Below are positions 10,218-19,507 of a stretch of DNA of 64,000 nucleotides, piece by piece. The DNA is taken from positions 608,001 through 672,000 of the forward strand of contig CAXXOA010000001.1 in NCBI GenBank assembly GCA_963666275.2. Reading direction: 5' to 3'. The notes under the pieces were generated by a model. That model had not been told where the DNA came from, made no database searches, and worked only from the letters and a program-made list of their open reading frames with translations. A program made the translations under genes and the position numbers. The first letter of the stretch is position 1, and each line of letters begins with the position of its first letter. This DNA is from Oceanispirochaeta sp. (GTDB lineage: Bacteria > Spirochaetota > Spirochaetia > DSM-2461).

Positions 10218-11546
10218 ATGAACACTTCCATATTGATTATCGATGATAATGAACAGTTTTGTCTCAGCCTGTCCCGCATGCTGGCGGACCGGGACCATAC
10301 TCTTTCCTATGTAATGAACAGTCTGGATGCCCTGGAATTCCTCTCCCGGAATGTGGTGGATATCATTCTCCTGGATGTGCGTCTGGGATCTGAATCGGGG
10401 GTGGAAGTCCTGATACAGATCCGTGAGCTCTATCCTGCTGTGACCATTATCATGCTCAGCGGCTACGCTTCCATTGAGACAGCCGTCCGTTCCATAAAAC
10501 TGGGTGCCTTTGATTATATCCAGAAGCCTGTGAAATACGAAAAGCTGATTAAACTCATTCAGAATGCCAGGACCCTGGCGTCTCTGAAGGAGGAAAATGA
10601 GGGGCTTCAGAAAAGCCTTCAGGATGTGATTCCCCCTATTATCAGTAAAGATCCCCGGATCCGGGAACTGAAAGGAACCATTCAGAAACTCTCCGAGTCC
10701 AGTCTGCCCATTCTTCTTCTGGGAGAAAATGGTACGGGCAAGGAGGTTTTTGCAGATTACATCTACTCCCGGAGCCATCGGAAGGCGAAAAAGTTTATAA
10801 AGATAAATTGTGCTGCCTTTCCCGACAGCCTGCTGGACAATGAGCTTTTCGGCCATGAAAAAGGGGCCTACACAGGGGCGGATACCCTGTATAAAGGGGT
10901 CTTTGAGAGAGCCCAGGGGGGCACCCTCTTTCTGGATGAAATCGGGGATATGTCTCTGGAGGTTCAGGCTAAAGTCCTGAGGGTTCTCCAGAACAGAGAA
11001 CTCTACCGTCTCGGCGGCAAAGATGTCATTCGTATCGATGTCCGTATTATCTCGGCTACAAACAAGAAGCTTGAAGACAGGATTAGTGAAGGCCGGTTCC
11101 GGGAGGATCTGTACTATCGTCTCAATGCGGCCATCCTTTCCATTCCCCCTCTCAGAGAGCGGAAAGAGGATATTCCTCTTCTGTCTGATACTTTTCTCAG
11201 GGAATATGCTTCCATCAACAGCCGCCCCCTGTGCTCCCTGGATCCGGAGGTCGAGAATCTTCTGAAGCACTATCACTGGCCGGGGAATATCAGGGAACTG
11301 AAAAATGTCCTCCACTATGCCGCCGCCGTGGCCTCGGGAAACTCTATTCAAAAAGAGAATCTGCCCCTGCAGATTTTTGAAAAATCCCGGGAGGAAACTG
11401 TCTCCAATCCTCTGGATGATTCGGAAAAAGCCGTGATTCTCAGGGAGCTTAAAGAGCATCATTTCAACAAGAAGAAAGTTGCCGACAGACTCAGCATAAG
11501 CCGGACAACTCTTTACAGCAAAATGAGAAAATATGGAATCGGATAG
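10218..11546 (+). CDS. NtrC-family sigma54-dependent response regulator (REC-AAA+-Fis HTH)
   Basis: IIDD and LLDV in REC; GENGTGKE, GAYTGA, LFLDEIG, FREDLYYRL and WPGNIREL; C-terminal HTH. Confidence 0.95.
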   Translation: MNTSILIIDDNEQFCLSLSRMLADRDHTLSYVMNSLDALEFLSRNVVDIILLDVRLGSESGVEVLIQIRELYPAVTIIMLSGYASIETAVRSIKLGAFDYIQKPVKYEKLIKLIQNARTLASLKEENEGLQKSLQDVIPPIISKDPRIRELKGTIQKLSESSLPILLLGENGTGKEVFADYIYSRSHRKAKKFIKINCAAFPDSLLDNELFGHEKGAYTGADTLYKGVFERAQGGTLFLDEIGDMSLEVQAKVLRVLQNRELYRLGGKDVIRIDVRIISATNKKLEDRISEGRFREDLYYRLNAAILSIPPLRERKEDIPLLSDTFLREYASINSRPLCSLDPEVENLLKHYHWPGNIRELKNVLHYAAAVASGNSIQKENLPLQIFEKSREETVSNPLDDSEKAVILRELKEHHFNKKKVADRLSISRTTLYSKMRKYGIG

Positions 11547-13383
11547 AAAGAAAAACAGACCCATCATGACCCTTAAGAATGTATCGATCCGCTATGGATC
11601 CATCCGGGCTCTGGATCATATCAATCTGAAAATTTCAGGAGGAGAGATCCACGCCATTGTGGGAGAGCATGGTGCCGGCAAATCCACCCTTGCCAAAATC
11701 GTAGCCAATCTGATTGTTCCCGATTCGGGCAGGATCCTCTACGAAAATTCCTCCTATGAAAAACTGAATTACAAAGAGACGATCCATTCGGGAGTCCGGA
11801 TGGTTTTTCAGAAGATCCAGCTGAATCAGAGCCTCACTGTGGCGGAGAATCTTTTTATTGCCAATAAGGACTCCTTTCAGTCCCGGGGCGGTCTTTTCAA
11901 TCCCAAAAGAGTGGAACGGAAAGCCGAGGAGTTCCTCAGGGAGAATCATTTTCCCCTGAAGTCCCATGATCTTGTGGCCAATCTGGAGCTCTCGGACCGG
12001 GCTCTTCTGAGTATCGTCAAAAATCTCTTTAATCCTCCCAAGATTCTGATCCTCGACGAAGCCCTCGAGAAACTCTCTGCCGAGGGGCTGGAAAGGATTA
12101 TCCGGGCTCTTAAGGAGCTCAGCGGCAAGGGCTCGGCTGTTCTATTTATAACCCACAGAATCGATGACCTCTATATGATAGCCGATCGGGTCAGTGTCGT
12201 GCGCAAAGGGGAAATCCTGATCTCCGATAAAATTGGAGAACTGGACAAAATCAGTCTTATCAAGATGGCCTATACACAGTTTTCCAATCTTGAAAAACAC
12301 TCCTCCCAGGCGGAGGAGTTCAACAAGCTTATGAAGTACAACGAAGTGGTCCTTTCGGATCTTCCCATCAGTCTTCTCATCACGAACTATGATAACAAAC
12401 TCCGTATGATGAATCAGAGTGCCCGCAGGCTCTTTTCCATAGACAGCAGCCGGGACGTGGGAGGAATCACCCTGGAAGATCTTTTCAGAAGCAATGAAAG
12501 GATTCTCAGCTTTGTGGAAGAGGCGATCCTGTTGGGAGAGAGTTCGTCCCGCTATAACGTTCCCCTGATTCTGGACAGCCGGCATTATATGGTGAATATC
12601 GTGATTTATCCCATTTACGACAGCCTGGAATGGATAGGGAATATGTTCATTCTGGAAGATATAACAGAACGGGAGCAGCTGAGGGATCAGCTTGTGCTTT
12701 CGGATAAACTGGCCTCTCTGGGGCTTCTTGCCGCGGGGGTGGGGCATGAAATCAATAATCCTCTGGGGGTTATTTCCAACTATCTGGAAGCCTTCAGGCA
12801 GAACAAAATCGCCCAGGAGGAAAAGGTTTCCGTACTGGAATACCTATTTGAACAGATCAATTACATCAGTCAGGTTGTGGGAAATCTGATCTCTTTTTCT
12901 GAAAATCAGAAGCAGGATACGGTCTCGCTGAACCTGAATGCGGCTATCCGGAATATTGTTGAACTTATCCGCTTCAACGGCTCGAAAAACAGGATTTCCA
13001 TCCAGTTCGAGCCGGCCCGGGACGAACAGATCTTTACCGAGATCAATCCGGGGGAGTTCAAACAGGTCATACTGAATCTCTTCAGAAATGCTTTTGAAGT
13101 CCTCCAGGAGGGAGGGAATATTCAAATCCGTTTATCCCTGGAAGAGGACGAGGGGAACCGGCGGATACGCCTGGATTTTCAGGATGACGGACCGGGAATT
13201 CCCTTTGACGATCCGTCGGATGTTTTTCTGCCCTTCAAATCATCCAAACAGACAGGAAAGAATTTCGGGCTGGGGCTCTCTCTCTGCTATAACATTCTGA
13301 AACGCTACGGCGGAGAAATTTCAGTCATTTCAGAAAAAAATTCCGGCTGCTGTTTCAGGATCTATCTGATTCCGGTTCTGTAA
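11533..13383 (+). CDS. Soluble sensor histidine kinase: sugar-ABC ATPase domain-PAS-HisKA-HATPase
   Basis: NBD motifs GEHGAGKS, VFQ, ILILDE and ITH, followed in one frame by HEINNPL, NLFRNA, DDGPGI and GLGL. No TM segment. Confidence 0.85.
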   Translation: MESDRKKNRPIMTLKNVSIRYGSIRALDHINLKISGGEIHAIVGEHGAGKSTLAKIVANLIVPDSGRILYENSSYEKLNYKETIHSGVRMVFQKIQLNQSLTVAENLFIANKDSFQSRGGLFNPKRVERKAEEFLRENHFPLKSHDLVANLELSDRALLSIVKNLFNPPKILILDEALEKLSAEGLERIIRALKELSGKGSAVLFITHRIDDLYMIADRVSVVRKGEILISDKIGELDKISLIKMAYTQFSNLEKHSSQAEEFNKLMKYNEVVLSDLPISLLITNYDNKLRMMNQSARRLFSIDSSRDVGGITLEDLFRSNERILSFVEEAILLGESSSRYNVPLILDSRHYMVNIVIYPIYDSLEWIGNMFILEDITEREQLRDQLVLSDKLASLGLLAAGVGHEINNPLGVISNYLEAFRQNKIAQEEKVSVLEYLFEQINYISQVVGNLISFSENQKQDTVSLNLNAAIRNIVELIRFNGSKNRISIQFEPARDEQIFTEINPGEFKQVILNLFRNAFEVLQEGGNIQIRLSLEEDEGNRRIRLDFQDDGPGIPFDDPSDVFLPFKSSKQTGKNFGLGLSLCYNILKRYGGEISVISEKNSGCCFRIYLIPVL

Positions 13384-13384
13384 A

Positions 13385-13455
13385 CTGTTCATCATCTGAA
13401 CAGAATGCTGAACATACTGTTCATGTTCTGACAGAGTGTTCAGTCTTCTGTTTAC
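13385..13455. promoter_or_regulatory. Candidate enhancer (UAS) array for the NtrC-type activator
   Basis: Perfect CTGTTCA-N5-TGAACAG (13385-13403) plus further TGAACA/TGTTCA half-sites, 100-170 bp upstream of the -24 box. Confidence 0.6.
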
Positions 13456-13554
13456 TGATCCTGCAGGTCCGATTGTATTTTTGAGAGTCTGTGAGCGGCT
13501 TCTATAGCTGTTAGAGCTGTTTTTCTCCGGAATCCCGATGATCATCCTGATAAT

Positions 13555-13570
13555 TGGCCCGGCCTTTGCA
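13555..13570 (+). promoter_or_regulatory. sigma54 -24/-12 promoter
   Basis: TGGCCCGGCCTTTGCA matches TGGCAC-N5-TTGCW with exact GG/GC spacing. Confidence 0.8.
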
Positions 13571-13615
13571 TATAGAGACTTCAATGACTCCCTGAAAGGG
13601 AAAAAGGAGAAAAGG

Positions 13616-14566
13616 ATGAAAAAATTTTTAACCCTTATGATTTGTTTACTCGTATTGATGCCTGCTTTTATTACGGCAGGAGGAGCACAGGAGCCGGAAG
13701 ATGACAAACCCGTCGTGGGTCTTATCATGAAATCTCTGGCCAATGAGTTTTTCATGGCCATGGAAGAGGGCGCCAAAGCCTATGCCGAACAGGACGGAAC
13801 ATTTAAACTTGTGACAATGGGAATGAATTCTGAAACCGACTTTGATTCCCAGGTCAATGCTGTTGACAGCCTTATCGCCCAGGGTGTGGACCTGATTGTT
13901 CTGGCTCCGGCCGATTCGGCCGGTATGGTTGCTCCTGTAAAAAGAGCTATCGATGCGGGTGTGACTGTCATCAATTTTGATGTAACTCTGGATAAAGATG
14001 CTCTAAAAGCGGCCGGCCTTCCTGAAGAATTCCTTTTTGTAGGACCCGACAATACAGACGGTGCCGAAATGGTGGGAAACTACCTGGGTGAGACTCTGGG
14101 CGACGGAGGCAAGGTTTTCATCATTGAAGGCAACCCCGGAGCTGATAATGCCAAACAGAGGAAAAACGGTTTTCTGAAAGCTGTGGAAACCCATAATCTG
14201 GAGCTCCTGGCTTCCAATACCGCTCACTGGGAAACAGAAGAAGCCAACACTCTCATGACCAACCTTCTGACAAAATATCCTGATGTGCAGGGTGTTATGT
14301 GCGCCAACGACTCCATGGCTCTTGGTGTTGTCCGGGCACTGGAAGCCGCCGGCCGGGAAGATGTACAGGTTGTCGGTTTTGACAATATCCCTGCTGTAAA
14401 AGATCTCATCATGAATGACAAAATGCTGGCTACTGTTCATATGGACGGAGCTGAAATGGCTATTCTTGCCTTCAATGCCGGATTTGAAATCATTGATGGA
14501 AAACGGGAAAACCTCGGCTGGGTACAGTCTCCGCTTGTACTGGCCAATAAAGATTTCTTCAAATAA
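13616..14566 (+). CDS. Sugar ABC transporter substrate-binding protein (RbsB-like)
   Basis: Signal peptide; KSLANEFF, GPDN and CANDSMALG; AGGAG RBS. Confidence 0.92.
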   Translation: MKKFLTLMICLLVLMPAFITAGGAQEPEDDKPVVGLIMKSLANEFFMAMEEGAKAYAEQDGTFKLVTMGMNSETDFDSQVNAVDSLIAQGVDLIVLAPADSAGMVAPVKRAIDAGVTVINFDVTLDKDALKAAGLPEEFLFVGPDNTDGAEMVGNYLGETLGDGGKVFIIEGNPGADNAKQRKNGFLKAVETHNLELLASNTAHWETEEANTLMTNLLTKYPDVQGVMCANDSMALGVVRALEAAGREDVQVVGFDNIPAVKDLIMNDKMLATVHMDGAEMAILAFNAGFEIIDGKRENLGWVQSPLVLANKDFFK

Positions 14567-14587
14567 TGCATCTGAAATAATGAACCG

Positions 14588-14619
14588 GACCGGGAGTCGT
14601 GTATGCTCCCGGTCTTTCT
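14588..14619 (+). terminator. Stem-loop after the binding-protein gene (partial terminator or mRNA stabiliser)
   Basis: GACCGGGAG...CTCCCGGTC followed by TTTCT. Confidence 0.55.
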
Positions 14620-14633
14620 GAGGAGTTCCATAG

Positions 14634-16139
14634 ATGAACGTGGAAAATATAATCGAACTGAAGGATATCTCTTTGAGTTTTCCCGGGGTCAAAGCTCTGG
14701 ATTCTGTCAATCTGAGTGTGCAGAAAGGGGAAATCCATATCCTTCTGGGTGAAAACGGTGCAGGTAAATCGTCCCTTGTGAAAACAATCTGCGGTGTCTA
14801 TACCCAGAACAGCGGAGACATGGTTTTTGACGGAAAGCCCTACATGCCTCAGAACCCTTTAGCTGCCATTAAAAAGGGAATTCGTGTGGTCTATCAGGAA
14901 TTCAATATTCTCTCCTATCTTTCAATCGCAGAGAATATCTTTTTTGAAAAACTGCCTGTGAAAAATGGTCTGGTTGACTATAAAAAGCTTAACAGGGATG
15001 CCCGGCTTATTATGGATAAAGTCGGATTGACTCAGATCTCCCCCAGAACCCCTGTTGAAAATCTGGGAGTTGCCCAGATGCAGCTGGTTGAAATTGCCAA
15101 AGCCCTGTCGGGAGACAGCCGTATCCTGATTCTGGATGAACCTACTGCCACTTTAATGCCCGATGAAATTGACACCCTCTTCGCTCTGCTGAAAAAGCTG
15201 CGGGACGAAGGAGTTTCCATCATATACATTTCCCATAGACTGAATGAGATCTTCCGGATAGGAGATCGTGTCACTGTTCTCAGGAACGGCAGTCTGGTGG
15301 GAACTCACCCGGCTTCGGAGCTTGATATTCCCGCTATTGTGAAAATGATGGTCGGCAGGAGCATGGAAAAGGAGTATCCCTTTGACGAAACTGTCACACC
15401 GGGAGAACCGCTGCTGGAAGTGAAAAATCTCATATTCAAGGGGAATCCCGCCGCCAGATCCTTTACCCTGCGGAAGGGAGAAATCCTGGGAATCGCCGGG
15501 CTGGTCGGATCGGGCAGAACAGAAACCATGAGGGCCCTTTTCGGGGCCGATTTAAAAGTGGCCGGTGAGGTCATTCTCAACGGTAAGAGCCTGGATATCC
15601 GTTCCCCCCGGGATGCGGTGAAAGAGGGAATCTGTCTCCTCACTGAGGACAGGAAGCAGCAGGGCCTGATCCTGGATATGAATTGTGTTGAAAATACAAC
15701 CATTACGGACCTGAAGGCTGTCTCGGTCAAGGGGTTTCTGAACAGGAATGCCGAAAGAGCCGCCACGGAAAAACAGATCCGTGAAATGAATATAAAAACA
15801 CCGGGGATAGAACAGAAAACACTCTATCTTTCCGGTGGAAATCAGCAGAAAATCCTGATTGGAAAATGGCTCTACAGGGATTCGGAAGTTTTTATTTTTG
15901 ATGAACCCACCCGGGGAATCGATGTGGGGGCCAAGTATGAAATCTACCTCCTTCTCTGGAAACTCGCATCCATGGGGCGGGGCATTATTATGGTTTCCTC
16001 TGACCTTCCCGAACTGATGGGGGTCTGCCACAGGATCGCCGTCTTTTCGGATGGAAAAATTACAGGTGAGCTTGACCGCAGTGAGTTTGATGCGGAATCA
16101 ATTCTGACCCTGTCCTACAAGGAGTATCTGCATGCATAA
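14634..16139 (+). CDS. Sugar ABC transporter ATPase (RbsA-like, two NBDs)
   Basis: [16 protein letters not shown] and [12 protein letters not shown]. Confidence 0.95.
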   Translation: MNVENIIELKDISLSFPGVKALDSVNLSVQKGEIHILLGENGAGKSSLVKTICGVYTQNSGDMVFDGKPYMPQNPLAAIKKGIRVVYQEFNILSYLSIAENIFFEKLPVKNGLVDYKKLNRDARLIMDKVGLTQISPRTPVENLGVAQMQLVEIAKALSGDSRILILDEPTATLMPDEIDTLFALLKKLRDEGVSIIYISHRLNEIFRIGDRVTVLRNGSLVGTHPASELDIPAIVKMMVGRSMEKEYPFDETVTPGEPLLEVKNLIFKGNPAARSFTLRKGEILGIAGLVGSGRTETMRALFGADLKVAGEVILNGKSLDIRSPRDAVKEGICLLTEDRKQQGLILDMNCVENTTITDLKAVSVKGFLNRNAERAATEKQIREMNIKTPGIEQKTLYLSGGNQQKILIGKWLYRDSEVFIFDEPTRGIDVGAKYEIYLLLWKLASMGRGIIMVSSDLPELMGVCHRIAVFSDGKITGELDRSEFDAESILTLSYKEYLHA

Positions 16140-16172
16140 AAGGAAATCGGGATTTCACAGAAGGAGAACATC

Positions 16173-17162
16173 ATGAGCGAGAAAACTGGAGTCAAATCCA
16201 TTGTCAATATTTTTCTGAAAGAGGTGGGCATCGGGGTGGTGCTGCTGGTACTGGTGGTTGCATTCAGTCTGGGAGCCCCCCGGTTCTTTTCCATTATCAA
16301 CGTAGCCAATATCTTTACCCAGATAAGCATTAATACTGTTATTGCTGTGGGAATGACTTTTGTCATCCTCCTGGGGGGGATCGATCTGTCGGTAGGGTCT
16401 GTTCTGGCCCTGTGTTCCATCATTGCCGGTAAGATCCTTGTCAATCCCAACCTGTCCCTGGGAATGGCTATTCTGCTTTCCGTGCTTGTCAGTATCCTTT
16501 CAGGTATGCTGATCGGGCTGATAAACGGCTACATTTCAGAAACATGGAAAATCCATTCCTTTATTGTGACTCTGGGTATGCTGAATATCGCCAGAGGGCT
16601 TGCCCTTCAGATCAGTCAGTCCCGGACCATTTTCAATTTTCCCAAAGCCTTCAACGACTTCGGGACAACCACCTATTTCCGGGTCCTTCCAGCCATTTTT
16701 CTTATTGCTCTGATCCTTGTGATAATGGGAAGCGTCATACTGCGAAGAACAGTGTTCGGCAGGATGATCTTTGCCATTGGAAACAACGAGGAATCGGTAC
16801 GGCTGTCGGGTCATAATGTGAAATTCTACAAAGTTCTGGCCTACACAATCTGCGGGGGAACCGTAGGAATCGCCACGATTATGTATATGCTCAGGATGAG
16901 CATCGCCAGTCCTATTCTGGGAGTGGGATTCGAACTCAATGCCATTGCAGCTGTTGTTATCGGCGGTACCAGCATGAGCGGCGGTAAAGGGTCTCTGATC
17001 GGAACATTCTTGGGAGCCTCTATCATGGGAGTTCTCAATAACGGTCTGCTTCTCATCGGTATGGGCGACTTCGCCCGGCAGATTGTTACGGGTATGATCA
17101 TCATTCTGGCTGTTATTCTGGATACCTACAGAACCAGATTTTCCGCCATTCTGAATGAATAG
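16173..17162 (+). CDS. Sugar ABC transporter permease (RbsC-like)
   Basis: GGIDLSVG and AAVVIGGTS; multiple TM helices. Confidence 0.95.
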   Translation: MSEKTGVKSIVNIFLKEVGIGVVLLVLVVAFSLGAPRFFSIINVANIFTQISINTVIAVGMTFVILLGGIDLSVGSVLALCSIIAGKILVNPNLSLGMAILLSVLVSILSGMLIGLINGYISETWKIHSFIVTLGMLNIARGLALQISQSRTIFNFPKAFNDFGTTTYFRVLPAIFLIALILVIMGSVILRRTVFGRMIFAIGNNEESVRLSGHNVKFYKVLAYTICGGTVGIATIMYMLRMSIASPILGVGFELNAIAAVVIGGTSMSGGKGSLIGTFLGASIMGVLNNGLLLIGMGDFARQIVTGMIIILAVILDTYRTRFSAILNE

Positions 17163-17163
17163 G

Positions 17164-18717
17164 CTAATCTTCATAGGCTGCTGTCTCCGGAAATTTTCTT
17201 TCTGACAGAGAAGCAGTCTGTTTCAGTCCTTTTTTTCCCGGGGTAGTGAGTTTTCCCCTCCAGCTTCCCCGGGAAATCTCTCTGATTTCATCCTGCCGGA
17301 TAAGAGCGGAAATGCTCTCGCTTACATCATCCGGATCCCATGACCGGAGCTGACCGAACCCCGGAGATCTGTGGTAGCCTGCACTCCGCATTTCATGACT
17401 GTGCCTGCCCAGAAGGAACTCCGCCAGCTGATGGGATGAGAAGCGTTTTTTATACTGTTTGACAATCTCTGTAAGGGGTCCCGACAGGCTTTCTGTTTTT
17501 TCTACGTCCTTCCGGCACACATCGCAGTTGTCACAGTCTTCGGGCTCCGCTTCCAGTATGGCAAGAAGGCTCTCCCTGCGGCAGGTCGCCGTGTTCTCTG
17601 CAAAGGCTACAAGTTTCTCGTACCGCTCCCGGAGTTCCCTGCGGGGATTCTCTTTCTCCCTGTCTCTGTCTTCCGGATGGTAGAGCAGAACCGCCCGGCA
17701 GGGGGCCCTGTCCCGTCCGGCCCGGCCCGACTCCTGCAGATAGGCTTCCACTGAAGAGGGGAGAGCCAGGTGGATGACCGTGCGGATGTTACTTTTATCC
17801 ATGCCCATTCCATAAGCACATGTAGAACAGAGTATCCCCTTTTCTGAGTCAAAAAACCACTCTTCTGTCCGGCTGCGCAGAGCAGGGGACAAACCGGCGT
17901 GATAAAACCGGATCTCCTCATTACCCAGCCGCGCCCTCAGTTCCAGAGCAGTCTGCATGCAGCTCCGCCGGGTGGGGCAGAACACCAGGGCAGGAAGTTC
18001 TGCGGTTTGAAAAATCTCCTCCAGAGCCTTCATACGGGAGAGCATCGGTTTTACCTTATAATAAATATTCACCCTGTCCGGATTGGCCCTGACCAGGTTG
18101 TAGTAGTACCCCTCCAGCAGGTAGTGTTCAATCTTTTTCAGGATCAGAGGCGAAGCGGTAGCGGTGAAGGCGGTAATCTGATCGATCCGGAGTGCGGCGA
18201 AGGTTTTTCCCAGTTCCAGACAGGCGGGCCGGAAGGTCTCCCCCCACTCGGGAATCGTGTGGGCCTCGTCGATCACAAGATGGGATATCTCCACAGAAGC
18301 CAGCTTCTCCTGCACCTCCGGCAGGGTGAGCATCTCCGGGTTGGTCAGAAGGATCCGGGCTTTTCCCGAATGCACCTGCTCCCAGAGGAGCTTCTTCTCC
18401 TGTCCTGACATGCCCCCTTTCAGAAGTACCCCCTCCATTCCGGCTTCCTTCACCCGGCGCAGCTGGTCGGCCATCAGTCCCAGCAGGGGAAAGACCACAA
18501 CAGTCAGCCCCGGCAGCAGAAAGGCGGGGAGCATAAAGCAGAGGCTTTTACCCGCCCCCGTGGGGAGGAGCACAATCTGGTTGGGCGGGGCTTCGGCGGC
18601 TTCCTCTGCTGTGAAAAGCCCGGCTTTGCGGAGGATATTGCTGATGACAAGGCGCTGGTAGGGGAATAGGTAGGTTATGTTGAATTTTTCCCGGGCTGTT
18701 TTGGTTATTATGTCCAT
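17164..18717 (-). CDS. recQ: RecQ-family ATP-dependent DNA helicase (intact copy)
   Basis: PTGAGKS, DEAH, TAT and QESGRAGR; Zn-binding cysteines. Start placed at ATG 18717 because similarity to the second copy fades just upstream of it. Confidence 0.93.
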   Translation of the reverse strand: MDIITKTAREKFNITYLFPYQRLVISNILRKAGLFTAEEAAEAPPNQIVLLPTGAGKSLCFMLPAFLLPGLTVVVFPLLGLMADQLRRVKEAGMEGVLLKGGMSGQEKKLLWEQVHSGKARILLTNPEMLTLPEVQEKLASVEISHLVIDEAHTIPEWGETFRPACLELGKTFAALRIDQITAFTATASPLILKKIEHYLLEGYYYNLVRANPDRVNIYYKVKPMLSRMKALEEIFQTAELPALVFCPTRRSCMQTALELRARLGNEEIRFYHAGLSPALRSRTEEWFFDSEKGILCSTCAYGMGMDKSNIRTVIHLALPSSVEAYLQESGRAGRDRAPCRAVLLYHPEDRDREKENPRRELRERYEKLVAFAENTATCRRESLLAILEAEPEDCDNCDVCRKDVEKTESLSGPLTEIVKQYKKRFSSHQLAEFLLGRHSHEMRSAGYHRSPGFGQLRSWDPDDVSESISALIRQDEIREISRGSWRGKLTTPGKKGLKQTASLSERKFPETAAYED

Positions 18718-18722
18718 ATGGG
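18336..18722 (-). repeat. recQ 5' segment duplicated at 56342-56695 plus 59038-59069
   Basis: Colinear alignment with mostly synonymous differences. Confidence 0.95.
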
Positions 18723-18754
18723 AGTGATTACTGACGGGAATGGATTGGTGATTC

Positions 18755-18788
18755 AAAAAAGTAAAAAAAGGGGAGCCTGAGCTCCCCT
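18755..18788 (-). terminator. Rho-independent terminator
   Basis: AGGGGAGC-loop-GCTCCCCT with a T-run on the minus strand; homologous to 61497-61520. Confidence 0.75.
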
Positions 18789-18808
18789 GAAATGTTCATT
18801 TTCTCAAA

Positions 18809-19087
18809 CTATTTCAAAATATCTGCCGTTGCAGTCTCTCCTGCAAGCCGTCCGATAACAAAAGCTTCAGTGAGTCCCTGGTCCATCTGATTGGCAGTCT
18901 CTCCGCCGATATAGAGCCCTTCGATGGCAGAGCCGTCCTCTCTCAGAGCCCGGGCTTTCAGATCGATCATAACGCCCCCTCTGGTCTGCTGGCTGGCAGG
19001 GGAGATCTTGGCACCGTAGTAGGCGGGAGTATCAATCCTGCTGAACATGGAGGCCTTTCTGCCGTACTCGGAATCCACACCTGCATC
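18809..19087 (-). repeat. 279-bp copy of the 3' end of the flavoprotein gene (61534-61812)
   Basis: Ungapped alignment with about 29 mismatches by hand count (about 90% identity), mostly at third codon positions. Confidence 0.95.
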
Positions 19088-19489
19088 GTAGTTATCAGAT
19101 CCAACATAGATAAAGTCTCCTGCTTCAGGATTTAACCTTGAATTTACTGCAACTATGGGGATTCCTGCATCGTTACACATCTTGACCGCAGGCATGCTGC
19201 CTGTCCAGTCAATCGGATTTAGAATCACACCATCAACACCCAGTGAGATGAAAGTTTCAACAGCCGCCAACTGTTTTTCAATATCCTTCATAGGATCAAT
19301 GACTTTAACTTCCCATCCTTTGGCCTCAGCGGCTTTGAGGACTTCCTCTTTCATCAGATGCTGAAAAACATCCTGGTCACTGTGAAAGGTGTATCCGATT
19401 ACGATTTTTCCATCATCTTTCTGCCCATTGGCAAAAACACCATTGATGCCCATCAAAACAACCAACAAAACAAATAATGCTTTCTTCAT
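18809..19489 (-). pseudogene. Chimeric ORF: N-terminal half of a sugar-binding protein fused in frame to the flavoprotein C-terminus
   Basis: ...IYVGSDNY-DAG-VDSEYGRKASMFSRIDTP...; the last 92 aa match the end of 61534..62997. Confidence 0.9.
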
Positions 19490-19507
19490 AAAAATCACCC
19501 TGTTTTA

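Noticed and set aside
13538..13615. N-terminal extension of the binding protein in the ORF track
   Set aside because: It overlaps the sigma54 promoter; the RBS and signal peptide indicate ATG 13616.
18336..19087. Duplication as a simple assembly repeat or target-site duplication
   Set aside because: The copies differ by about 10%, mostly at synonymous sites, and differ in gene order (MCP present or absent). A two-strain chimeric assembly cannot be fully excluded without reads.
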